NCBI GenBank assembly: GCA_964347325.1
Contig: CAYFYA010000009.1
Span: 4,685 to 68,684 of the forward strand
Direction: 5' to 3'
Length of the DNA: 64,000 nt
Source of the DNA: an uncultured Methanomassiliicoccales archaeon
Lineage (GTDB): Archaea; Thermoplasmatota; Thermoplasmata; RBG-16-68-12; JAJISG01
Shown here: positions 28,699-37,519 of the stretch, piece by piece
How the letters are laid out: each line of letters opens with the position of its first letter
How positions within the stretch are numbered: the first letter of the stretch is position 1
Position numbers and translations under genes: made by a program
The notes under the pieces: generated by a model
Database searches by the model: none
What the model saw: the letters and a program-made list of their open reading frames with translations, nothing else
Told to the model about the DNA's origin: nothing

Positions 28699-30057
28699 GT
28701 GCAGAGTAGAGCGGTGGAGAGCGTCGTCACAGAAAGGCGGGTCGGGTTTCCAACCCAATACGGGCCAACTAGGACCGACAAGAAGCCCGGACATGTCCTC
28801 GTGCCCCACGAGGCCTACAGGGACCTAGTCTTGATTCTAGTCATGACAGGGGCGATGTTCATCCTGACGGCCGTTGCCACGCCCGCTCTCGGCAAGTCCG
28901 CCAATCCAAACGTGGTGGCCGAGGTCGAGCTCCCCGATTGGTACCTCCTCTGGTCATGGGGCCTGCTGAAGATCTCAGAGCTCTTCCCCCAGTTCTCCAT
29001 CTTTGGTTTCACCATCACTACCCTGACCTGGGGTGCTGTTCTCTCCGGCGTCCCCTTCATCATTGTACTACTGCTCCCCTTCATAGACAAGGGGTTTGAG
29101 AGAAGGCCTGCCAAGTCTCCCATCCGGGCTGCCTTCGGCGTGGCCGGTATCGTCTGGGTCTTCGCCGCTTCGGTCTACTCCGTCAACGTCCTGATTCTGC
29201 CCCGCTTCACCACAGCTGAGGGGCTCTCCATCGTTACCGACGATACCCTGAAGTGGATGTTCATCGTCCAGCCAGTCCTATCGGGCATGGTCACCTACAT
29301 CGCCATGAGGCGGCTCGCCTTCAAGCCCATGAGGAGATACAACACCGCTTTCAACGCCTTTGCCCTCTCCATCGTCCTCCTGATCACAATTCTCCTCCTG
29401 GGTTCTGGGCTCGCGGCAGGGGGAAGCTTCGCATCCCACCTGACAGGCCAGAACGTCTACCTGACGTTCTACGTCAGCATCGCAGTCCTAACCACCCTCG
29501 TCGCCCTCTTCATTGTGTTCTTCCAGGACGAACAGCGGGGTAGGCGGACGCTGTTCCTGTGGATCGGCCTGGCGTTTCTACTCCTGGTCCCCCTCACTTG
29601 GTACCTGATGGCCTTCGACCAGCAATCCTTCGACTACGTCCAAGTCTACATCATGACAAACGCCCACATCTTCATCGCCTTCCCCGTCTTCTCAGTTCTG
29701 GTGGCCTACTTCGGCCAGCGGACGCCCTACAGCGACTACGAGTACAAGCTAAACGAGTGTTACCAGTGCGGTCGGTGCCACCTAGTCTGTCCCATCACTA
29801 AGGTGGAGGCCGATGCCCTCGGGGGGCTCAACCTGGTCTACAACGTCTACAAGCGCCAGCACGACGGCGTCCCGATGTGGTCCTGCCTCACCTGCGACGC
29901 CTGCAGTGCTGTCTGTCCCCTAGACATAAACTACTCCGCGTACGTGTTGACGGAGCGGGCGAAGGTCATGAAGGCGAAGCAGCGAATTCCGACGGAGAGG
30001 CCGACCATGGTTTCCGGCCTTACGGTGGCCGACGGCGGTACGGAGGTGAGGCCCTGA
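28699..30057 (+). CDS. cytochrome b C-terminal/subunit-IV-like domain fused to extra TM helices and a 2x[4Fe-4S] ferredoxin domain
   Basis: PDWYLLW (PEWY-type Qo motif) in a multi-TM region. C-terminal CYQCGRCHLVCP and CLTCDACSAVCP (two CxxCxxCxxxCP motifs). Confidence 0.75.
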   Translation: MQSRAVESVVTERRVGFPTQYGPTRTDKKPGHVLVPHEAYRDLVLILVMTGAMFILTAVATPALGKSANPNVVAEVELPDWYLLWSWGLLKISELFPQFSIFGFTITTLTWGAVLSGVPFIIVLLLPFIDKGFERRPAKSPIRAAFGVAGIVWVFAASVYSVNVLILPRFTTAEGLSIVTDDTLKWMFIVQPVLSGMVTYIAMRRLAFKPMRRYNTAFNAFALSIVLLITILLLGSGLAAGGSFASHLTGQNVYLTFYVSIAVLTTLVALFIVFFQDEQRGRRTLFLWIGLAFLLLVPLTWYLMAFDQQSFDYVQVYIMTNAHIFIAFPVFSVLVAYFGQRTPYSDYEYKLNECYQCGRCHLVCPITKVEADALGGLNLVYNVYKRQHDGVPMWSCLTCDACSAVCPLDINYSAYVLTERAKVMKAKQRIPTERPTMVSGLTVADGGTEVRP

Positions 30058-30068
30058 GGCCGGAGGAG

Positions 30069-31061
30069 ATGGGATTCCCCATGAGAGATCTGACGGCAGG
30101 GGAGCGCACCGTCCCTCACCCGATCATGTTCGCCGCCCTCGACAAGGAGGCGGAGTGGGAGGACATCCCCGACGTCGAGATTACGCAGAAGAGTGACTAC
30201 GCCTACTATCCGGGCTGCGTCGACTACTACGACTACGAGATGCAGTTCAGCAGGAACAACTTCGGGGATACGGACCACGGCATCATCTTTGACTCCTCAA
30301 TCAAGCTCCTGAAGGCCATCGGCATTGCCCCCGTTGTCCTGGATCGCTCCTTCATGAAGTGCTGTGGCCACGACCAGCTCTGGCAGGGGAAGGTGGACGT
30401 CTGGACAAAGCTGCGGGAGTACAACGAGAGACTCATGAAGCGCATCTTCGAAGAGGCCGGAGTCAAGACGCTAGTCGTCAGCTGCGCAGAGGGCTATCGC
30501 ACCTTCAAGCTCGATTACGACCTCGGAGAGGTGGAGGTAAAGCACATCACTCAGGTGCTCTACGACCAGGGCATCGAGTTCCGCACTCGCAGGAAGGAAC
30601 TTATCACCTACCAGGATCCCTGCCGGATGTGCCGCCAGATGCCCATAGATCCCGTCTACGAGGAGCCGCGGGAGCTCATCCGCCAGACCGGGGCTGACCT
30701 TGCGGAGATGGAGCACTTCCGGGCGGACGCGACCTGTTGCGGCGTCGCGGGGATGATGTACTGCAACGAGAAGACCAAGGGGATCACGAACGACCGCATG
30801 ATGGAGGCGAAGGAGAGGGATGTGGACTACCTCCTCACAGCGTGTCCGAAGTGTCTGACCCATTTCGGTTGCCAGCAGCACGAAAACTTGTACAGAGAGG
30901 ACCGGGAGGCCTTTCGGTTCCAGGTCATCGACATCACCCAGTACCTGGCCGAATGTCTCGACGAGACCTCCGCTGAAGCCCTGGCGGGTGAGAGGGACGA
31001 GGTGGATAAGCCCCTCCCGAGCCCTGTGGCCAAAGGTGGAGGGTCGGAGGCCTCGCCTTGA
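30069..31061 (+). CDS. CCG-domain protein (HdrB/GlpC/HdrD-like), two cysteine-rich CCG domains
   Basis: YYPGC...CCGHD...C and DPCRMC...TCCGVAGMM...CPKC form two Cx(n)CCGx(n)CxxC modules. Confidence 0.8.
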   Translation: MGFPMRDLTAGERTVPHPIMFAALDKEAEWEDIPDVEITQKSDYAYYPGCVDYYDYEMQFSRNNFGDTDHGIIFDSSIKLLKAIGIAPVVLDRSFMKCCGHDQLWQGKVDVWTKLREYNERLMKRIFEEAGVKTLVVSCAEGYRTFKLDYDLGEVEVKHITQVLYDQGIEFRTRRKELITYQDPCRMCRQMPIDPVYEEPRELIRQTGADLAEMEHFRADATCCGVAGMMYCNEKTKGITNDRMMEAKERDVDYLLTACPKCLTHFGCQQHENLYREDREAFRFQVIDITQYLAECLDETSAEALAGERDEVDKPLPSPVAKGGGSEASP

Positions 31062-31468
31062 CGGAGACACAGGCCGTGCACGAGCCGAGACTGGCGCGTC
31101 ACCGCTCCCGTCAGACGGCGAAGAAGAGCTTCGACGAGATGCGGCGCAACTTCGTCATCAAGTATCCGCGCGGGAAGGGCGTGGTGGCCTACGTCTACGA
31201 GGATATCTGCATGGGCTGCATCCACTGCGCAGACAACTGTCCTGAGAACGTTAGGCCCGATCACGAGGATGCCATCGTCTTCACGGACAAGACATCCTAC
31301 TTGCCCGACCTCAGCTTCGAGACGAGAAAGTCCCTAATCGTGGATGAGAACTGCATCGGGTGCGCCAAGTGCGCGGTCATATGTCCGGTGGAGGCCATTG
31401 TCATGGTCCCACGACCAGGCTGGGAGGTCGTGGACGGTCAACCGGTTGAGATGAAGTCGGAGGCGTGA
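31058..31468 (+). CDS. 2x[4Fe-4S] ferredoxin (NuoI-like)
   Basis: CMGCIHCADNCP and CIGCAKCAVICP. The N-terminal FVIKYPRGKG resembles the NuoI TxxYPxEKG region. Confidence 0.7.
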   Translation: MTETQAVHEPRLARHRSRQTAKKSFDEMRRNFVIKYPRGKGVVAYVYEDICMGCIHCADNCPENVRPDHEDAIVFTDKTSYLPDLSFETRKSLIVDENCIGCAKCAVICPVEAIVMVPRPGWEVVDGQPVEMKSEA

Positions 31469-31794
31469 CCTTGGGTGAAGCTGACGAGGTTCATGAGAGG
31501 CCCCGCTGGCCCCGTAAGATGACCCGGAAGGCGGAGATGAGGCTCATCAAGCAGCTCCCGGGTCTCCAGAAGATCATCCTCATCACCAAGGTCTCTGCCG
31601 TCATCCTCTTCGCAATCGGCCTGGAGGGGCTCTTCATAGGGAACTGGTGGATGGCTGGCATCTTCCTCACCCTGGGCCTAATCTTCACGATTTGGCCCAT
31701 CAAGATGGATGTCCCCAACTTGTGTCCCAAGTGTGGGCAGGCGGCCAAGAAGAATCAGACCGTCTGCCACAACTGCGGAGTCGCCCTCATGTAG
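31465..31794 (+). CDS. small membrane protein with C-terminal zinc ribbon
   Basis: Two TM helices then CPKCG...CHNCG. Last gene of the operon. Confidence 0.5.
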   Translation: MTLGEADEVHERPRWPRKMTRKAEMRLIKQLPGLQKIILITKVSAVILFAIGLEGLFIGNWWMAGIFLTLGLIFTIWPIKMDVPNLCPKCGQAAKKNQTVCHNCGVALM

Positions 31795-31801
31795 ACCCTA
31801 A

Positions 31802-33211
31802 TCAGCCCCTGGGGACCCATAGCAGCCTCGAGGGGTTGATAACGAGAGGTAGATCCACCCTAGCTTTGATCTGACGGACTAGGCCGAAACGCCTCTCAGC
31901 ATCGGCGTCAGGATCCAGGAGATGGATGAGCTGGCTGCTCCGCAGCCTGCACGGGTGTTTCCCGGCAATCTCCAACAGCTCCACGGCGCGGTCGAATCGC
32001 TCACCTCGTCCCGCTCGTTCGGTGACGAAGGGAATTAGGCTGACCGTACCCCCTTCGTGGAGGGAGCCAGCCAGACCAACGGCCGGTCCGCGGACCTCCT
32101 GCCAGCTTGCCAGATCCGCCAGGAGCGGTGGAAGGTCCGCCGTGGAGAGTCGGATTTCTGCCAGGGGGGTCATCCGCGGCTCCCTCGTGACTCCCGATGT
32201 CTGGCCGTAGACGCCGTCCTCTCTCAGAAAACCTTCGCCGAAGGCGGTATCGACGGCCCTTACCTGGGCTCCAAAGGTTTCCTCTGTTCCGTGGAGGAAC
32301 ACAGTCACGTTTTCGCCCTTCCTTTCCGGAGCGTCCCTCGAGGAGGTCGTGTCGCCGAAGAAGACCGCTAAGGGGTGGACTCCAACCCCGGGGATTTTCT
32401 GGAGGGTAGTTCCCACCTCCTCCCAGTCCTTTAGGATGTACGTAAGGGATCTGAGGTCTTCTGCTGAAGGCATCAGCGAGAAGGTCACGGAAAGCGGTAT
32501 GGTAAGACTGCCTCCAGCCAACAGTAGCAACGAGTTCAGGTCGTAGCCAGTCGCGTTGTTGGGTACTTCGTCGAAGCCGCTTTCGCCGTACCCCCCGTCG
32601 GATCCGACGAAGTCCACGTTCCTGATGCAAGTCTCGGGACCTCCTCTGTAAGAGGACAGGATTGTCTCGCCGCGGACGATGTCGCCCATGAAGGAGTCCA
32701 TGGGCAAGGTAGCAAAGAGGGGCAGAAACCAGCCCGCCGCCCTCGCAGCGTCACAGGCGTCGCTCCACCTGGCGCCCACACCGGCTCTAAGGATGCCGTT
32801 CTCCTTGTCGACGTCCACATCGTCGAAGGATGAGAGGTCCAGCAGGAAGCCATCCAACTGTGGGAGGACTTCGCCATCGAAGGGGTCGACCCGTGGAGTC
32901 CAGTCCACGGTGACTTCGCGGTCCCTCATCATCTCTAAGCTCCGGCGGACGTAGTGGAGGGTGTCGCCTTTGAGACCGAGGCTTACAGACGCCACCTCTC
33001 CAGTCGCGACACCGATGGCACTGGAGACGTCGTCCGCCTCTTCCATCGGCAACGTGACAACACTGACGCCATCGAAGAGTCGCTTCAGCTCCTCCGGAAG
33101 TACGCGCCTGTCTCTGAGGTAGAGGGCCTTTGCCTGCTCCGTACTTCGGAGGGTTCTCAATCCAGGCAGGCCAGAGACCATGTCCCTGAAGTCAGCGTAA
33201 GGGATGGGCAA
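31802..33211 (-). CDS. FAD-binding oxidoreductase (divergent GlcE-like subunit)
   Basis: PCMH-type FAD-binding N-domain pattern. Translationally coupled to the upstream GlcD-like gene. Confidence 0.6.
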   Translation of the reverse strand: MPIPYADFRDMVSGLPGLRTLRSTEQAKALYLRDRRVLPEELKRLFDGVSVVTLPMEEADDVSSAIGVATGEVASVSLGLKGDTLHYVRRSLEMMRDREVTVDWTPRVDPFDGEVLPQLDGFLLDLSSFDDVDVDKENGILRAGVGARWSDACDAARAAGWFLPLFATLPMDSFMGDIVRGETILSSYRGGPETCIRNVDFVGSDGGYGESGFDEVPNNATGYDLNSLLLLAGGSLTIPLSVTFSLMPSAEDLRSLTYILKDWEEVGTTLQKIPGVGVHPLAVFFGDTTSSRDAPERKGENVTVFLHGTEETFGAQVRAVDTAFGEGFLREDGVYGQTSGVTREPRMTPLAEIRLSTADLPPLLADLASWQEVRGPAVGLAGSLHEGGTVSLIPFVTERAGRGERFDRAVELLEIAGKHPCRLRSSQLIHLLDPDADAERRFGLVRQIKARVDLPLVINPSRLLWVPRG

Positions 33212-33212
33212 T

Positions 33213-34733
33213 CTACCTCCTCCTTCTGGTCTTGGTCACGTACTTCTCCGAGGGCATCAGCCACCGGAGACGCCCAAGGGCCCTCAAGCCGAACCTCATC
33301 AGGCCGGGGGGTATCTCCGGTGGCACGAGCGGGGGCTTCCTTCCCATGGTCCCCACCAGCTTCCCCCGGTTGACCACGGCCTCGGGGTCGACGGCTTCCT
33401 TGATGGCCCTGAACATCCCACTCACGTTTCCGAACATGGTCTCCAGGTTGTAAGTCATCAGGAGCCCCAGCCCCAGAGGATGGCCCCCCGTATCTGTGAG
33501 AATCCTGTGAAACTTCTCCACGAACGTAATAGCGAGCTGTCCCCGAAGGAGCCTCTCGTTCGTAAGCATGTAGGGGGCCAGGTAGGCCGAACCGCGGTCG
33601 ACGAGGAACCCGTGGAAGGCCACCTCGCCTTTGGACTTCCTTCCGGCCTTCTGAGTGGCCTCCATAACGTGACCCAAGGCGCTCAGGGGCACTAGTCCCT
33701 CCCCGACGACGAGCCCGCCAGAGATTCGCCGCGCATTGTAGGGCTCGTGCCGTCCCTCCCAGAGAGCCGTCGCCACCTCACTGCCCTCCTTCACGCCACC
33801 CGCAGCGGACAGTACCGTTCCAGCGTAGACATCCTCCTCAGCGATGCTCTCCTTGTCCCCTTGGTAGGCCAGGTAGGCCATGGCAGGTCGCTCCGGAAGG
33901 GACTTCCCGATCCCTGCCTGGAGGGTGAGATGAGCACCGTCGACGAACCCGACGTGGTAGGGGGTAATGCAGATTCTGGAGAGTTGACGGAGGGCGCTAA
34001 CGATACTCTGAAGTGACTCGAAGCTGTAGGCGGAGACGCTCGTGGCCTTGGGCCTGGGAATGAGCTGTAAGGTTGCCTTCGTAATCACGCCAAGCGTCCC
34101 CTCAGCGCCCAAGAAGAGGTTCGTCGAGTTGTGGTTTCCCAGACCCAACCCGAAAGTCCGCACACCCGTCTCCAGAATCTCCCCTCCTGGGAGTACGACC
34201 TCGAGGCTCCTGACCCAACGGGAGGGGGGACCGTACATGTATGAGCCTATTCCGACTCCACCGTCGCTGAGGAATCCGCCCACGGTGGAGGACCTGTGAA
34301 GGATTGGGACTACTGGGAGGGCGAGGTCCTGCTCGCCCAATGCCTCGGAGGCCTGATGCCACGTTGCACCCGCTTGGACGGTAACGCACGACCGAATCTC
34401 ATCTGGGTCGTCCACTCTCTTCATCAGGCTGGTGACCATCAGAATGCCCCCGACATTTGGCACTGAACCCCCGTGGAGGGAGGTGCCCCCGCCGCGGGGG
34501 ACGACCGGAATCTCCAGCTCCTCCCCCAGCTGTAGGATCCGAACGACCTCTTGGGTGGACTTGGGCAGTGCAATGATGTCTGGCTTCATGTTGAACTGCA
34601 GGCCAGCCTGCTTCGGGATCGGAGCCAAATCGTGGCCATAGACGAGCTTCTCCGTCTCAGAGGTCGAGACCCGCTCCTCTCCGAGGGTGTCTACGAGCCG
34701 TTTATAAGCGTAGCTAAGGTCGCTGTAAACCAT
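33213..34733 (-). CDS. FAD-linked oxidase (GlcD / D-lactate dehydrogenase family)
   Basis: VVPRGGGTSLHGGSVP FAD-binding motif and the GlcD-like C-terminal domain. Confidence 0.8.
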   Translation of the reverse strand: MVYSDLSYAYKRLVDTLGEERVSTSETEKLVYGHDLAPIPKQAGLQFNMKPDIIALPKSTQEVVRILQLGEELEIPVVPRGGGTSLHGGSVPNVGGILMVTSLMKRVDDPDEIRSCVTVQAGATWHQASEALGEQDLALPVVPILHRSSTVGGFLSDGGVGIGSYMYGPPSRWVRSLEVVLPGGEILETGVRTFGLGLGNHNSTNLFLGAEGTLGVITKATLQLIPRPKATSVSAYSFESLQSIVSALRQLSRICITPYHVGFVDGAHLTLQAGIGKSLPERPAMAYLAYQGDKESIAEEDVYAGTVLSAAGGVKEGSEVATALWEGRHEPYNARRISGGLVVGEGLVPLSALGHVMEATQKAGRKSKGEVAFHGFLVDRGSAYLAPYMLTNERLLRGQLAITFVEKFHRILTDTGGHPLGLGLLMTYNLETMFGNVSGMFRAIKEAVDPEAVVNRGKLVGTMGRKPPLVPPEIPPGLMRFGLRALGRLRWLMPSEKYVTKTRRRR

Positions 34734-34788
34734 AGCCTAGACCACCGGGCGGTCGAAGGGACTCGCCGATATTAACCTTAGGGAAGGG

Positions 34789-35238
34789 CTAGATTCCCAG
34801 GGCCTCTGAGATGCTATCCTTCAGCTGGTCAGCGTCCAGGCCCTCATAATCCAAGTCCAGGGCGCGAGCGACGGCCTTGAGCTTGGACTTGGTGACCTTC
34901 TCTAGGGAGGCGATGATGGCCCGCTTCAGGTCCCGCTCCTTACGGCCCAGAACCTCGATGTCAAGCTCCTGCGCGGCCTCCACGACTCGGGGACTTATCT
35001 CAACCACTGTCTGTATTGGCCTCTCAGATCTGGCCTCGGCAAGCTCCTCCTGTATCTCTCTCTCCACCCTGGCCCTTCCCCGTCGAAACTCCCCCAAGGC
35101 CCGTCCAATACCACGAGCTAGCTCGGGAATCTTCTTCGGCCCAAGCAGGAGCAGGACGGCGATTATGACCAGAATGATGATGGGCTCGAATCCCGACAAT
35201 CCAAACTGCGCGACGATATCGGGGAGCGAGGGCAACAC
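34789..35238 (-). CDS. tatA: twin-arginine translocase subunit TatA/E with extended charged C-terminus
   Basis: FGLSGFEPIIILVIIAVLLLLGPKKIPELARGIGRALGEFRRG. The exact start (TTG or GTG) is uncertain. Confidence 0.75.
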   Translation of the reverse strand: MLPSLPDIVAQFGLSGFEPIIILVIIAVLLLLGPKKIPELARGIGRALGEFRRGRARVEREIQEELAEARSERPIQTVVEISPRVVEAAQELDIEVLGRKERDLKRAIIASLEKVTKSKLKAVARALDLDYEGLDADQLKDSISEALGI

Positions 35239-35328
35239 CAAGAGTACACCTACCAAAGAGTAGTAGCTTCAGAGGCATATATCTTTTTGCAGCCTGGATA
35301 GCTTCAGGCACGGCCCAGAGGACAGCTC

Positions 35329-37041
35329 TCAGCTCTCAGATAGGACCGTGAAGATGGCCCCGAACCTGAGGTCGACGTAGAATGTGAAGGTGAACTCTGA
35401 GGCAAAGTCCCCGCTAACCCAGGAGGTGAGGCCTTCGGCGTGGGTCCAGGATGAGGATCTCGTCATGAAGAGGTGGATGCCGTAGGCGTCCAAGGTCTCA
35501 TCCTCCACACCCGCTGCAAAGGTGTACGTCTGGTTGGGGTCAAGCAGTTCGGACGCCGTCGCCTCAAGCCTCCAGTCTGGGCTTGTTGAGGAGAAGATAC
35601 CGCTCCTCAGCTTCATCAGCTGCCCCGGGTCGGGGGGTCGGATACCCGACTCGCTCAGCTCTACCGAATCCGTTGATCCGGGCGACGCACTGTAGCTTAC
35701 CACGTACGACTCCCCCTGGACCGCCTCCCCCGGATCGAGGAGTGAGTTTCGGTTCGCATCGGAGAACTCCTTTCGGAGAAGAAGGCTGTAGCCGAGATTG
35801 AGACCTAGCATGTAGACCAGAGAGTCCCCATTCGATGCCGAAAGGACCAGTTCATCGTTATCGGGGGATTCCCATAGAGCCGGGAGGAGGGTCAGTTCAT
35901 CGGGCGCGCTGACGTGCAGGGCACTACTCGCTGGTTCCTCGGCTTCGAAGGTGACCTCCAGTCCCTCGTCCGAGGTTCCTGACCAGAGGAGGATGACCGG
36001 CGTCTCGTTACTGGCCTCCAGGACACTCCCCGTTCGGACGCCCGGGGCAAAAGGGCTGGCTGAGTAAAGCACAAACCCCGGAACTTGCAGGGTCACGTTT
36101 CCGGTGGTCAGGAGGGTATCCGCCCTCGCAAGGGGTGGTGCCAGAAGGCCCTGGTTGAAGTAGAGAAAGCCCCCAACGCTGGCCACCACGACGACTGCGA
36201 CCACGGACCAGACAGCGACGGCCGACCTACCGCCCCTTTCCGGGGGTTCTTGCCCTTCGCGTCTGCTCCAGGCCCTCCTCGACATGAGGTAGCCTCCAAC
36301 GTAGAGGAGGGACATGGGGACCGCCACAAGGAACATGGTGATCCCGCTTCCATCGGGCGTGATGAAGGCTCCGAAGAGAAAGAAGGCGATAGTCGCATAC
36401 CGCCAGTTCCGCTTCCAGAAGTCGGGACCGATTATTCCCAACGCTCCAAGCCCCCACATGATCACAGGGGTCTGGAAGGCCAATCCCATTCCGACGAAGA
36501 AGAGGAGGACAATATCGAAGAACTGTTCCGGCCCCACCAAGGGAGCCAGCCCCATGTTAACCCCAATGCCGTAGAGAAAGTCGAAGGCGAAGGGGAGAAT
36601 CACGAGCTGGGCGACCAGGACCCCGCCCACAAACAGCAGCGTTCCTGGCACCGTTATCTTGAGGATGATTCTCTTCTCCCTCTCGTAGAGCCCCGGCGCC
36701 ACGAACTTGGCCAACTGGTAAACAATCCATGGCATCGCCGTAAGCACGGCCAGGAACAGGGAGACCTTGAACTGGGTGACGATGGCCTCCCAGGGGTTCA
36801 ACTGCACCCGCTCGACGAAAACGGGCAGCAGGCTGTCCATGAAGCCCCGGATCACCATGACGGAGATGGAGTTGTAAAACTCTGGCCAGGGATAGGGCCA
36901 AGGTACGCCGAGGTATGGCTGTACGCGAATGGTGAAGCTCATGTAGAACACGAAGAGTGGCATCACCACCCACAGAATCTTGAAGACCCTCTGGCGCAGC
37001 TCCTCCAGGTGCTGGAGGATACTCATCGGCCGGTCTCCCAT
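35329..37041 (-). CDS. tatC: TatC with ~300-aa C-terminal extracytoplasmic extension
   Basis: N-terminal TatC signature (SILQHLEELRQRVFKILWV..., 6 TM). An extra TM helix and a Ser/Thr-rich domain follow the TatC core. Confidence 0.8.
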   Translation of the reverse strand: MGDRPMSILQHLEELRQRVFKILWVVMPLFVFYMSFTIRVQPYLGVPWPYPWPEFYNSISVMVIRGFMDSLLPVFVERVQLNPWEAIVTQFKVSLFLAVLTAMPWIVYQLAKFVAPGLYEREKRIILKITVPGTLLFVGGVLVAQLVILPFAFDFLYGIGVNMGLAPLVGPEQFFDIVLLFFVGMGLAFQTPVIMWGLGALGIIGPDFWKRNWRYATIAFFLFGAFITPDGSGITMFLVAVPMSLLYVGGYLMSRRAWSRREGQEPPERGGRSAVAVWSVVAVVVVASVGGFLYFNQGLLAPPLARADTLLTTGNVTLQVPGFVLYSASPFAPGVRTGSVLEASNETPVILLWSGTSDEGLEVTFEAEEPASSALHVSAPDELTLLPALWESPDNDELVLSASNGDSLVYMLGLNLGYSLLLRKEFSDANRNSLLDPGEAVQGESYVVSYSASPGSTDSVELSESGIRPPDPGQLMKLRSGIFSSTSPDWRLEATASELLDPNQTYTFAAGVEDETLDAYGIHLFMTRSSSWTHAEGLTSWVSGDFASEFTFTFYVDLRFGAIFTVLSES

Positions 37042-37519
37042 TGTTGCGAATAATCGGGCGACGTCTTATAAATCCGCGCTGGTCGAGGTTGCACGCTCGC
37101 TGGGAGGCCAAACCAAGGGTCACCGTGAACCATTCTCATGGATGATAATATAGATTGATAATAATAAATGGACCAACATTAATATAGATTGAGTCCCTCC
37201 CCTTAACTGGGCGACATTCTCAGGCCCGTGTAGAGGAGGGAGACCCTGCAGGAAAATGTAAGGATAGTAGATCTCTCGGCGAGCCGAGGCGTGAGGTTTC
37301 CAGGGTGGATGGTTCGCAGGTCCGCGGAGATCTTGGTGAACAATGCTGACCAGCTCTCAACGGGAGAGCTCAGGTCGATAGCCGATGTCCTTCTAAAAGA
37401 GGCCGCAAACCGGTAGGCACCCCTCGGCAGACACGATCGGCGGCTTCCAGTCGGGCATCCATCAGGCCGCTCACCCCTCGTGACAAAGGTTTAATAAATG
37501 GGAACTATAGTCGGCGCGG
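37042..37519. promoter_or_regulatory. 478-bp divergent intergenic region between tatC and nuoA, with TATA-like boxes and a 13-bp direct repeat
   Basis: TTTATAA (minus-strand sense) about 25 nt upstream of tatC. TTTAATAAAT about 25 nt upstream of nuoA. TAATATAGATTGA at 37146-37158 and 37180-37192. About 300 nt of GC-rich sequence with no ORF of 60 aa or more. Confidence 0.4.

Noticed and set aside
36085-37053. 322-aa His/Glu-rich ORF on the plus strand
   Set aside because: Lies entirely antisense to the well-supported tatC gene. Its low-complexity, His-rich composition is typical of a spurious frame in high-GC DNA.
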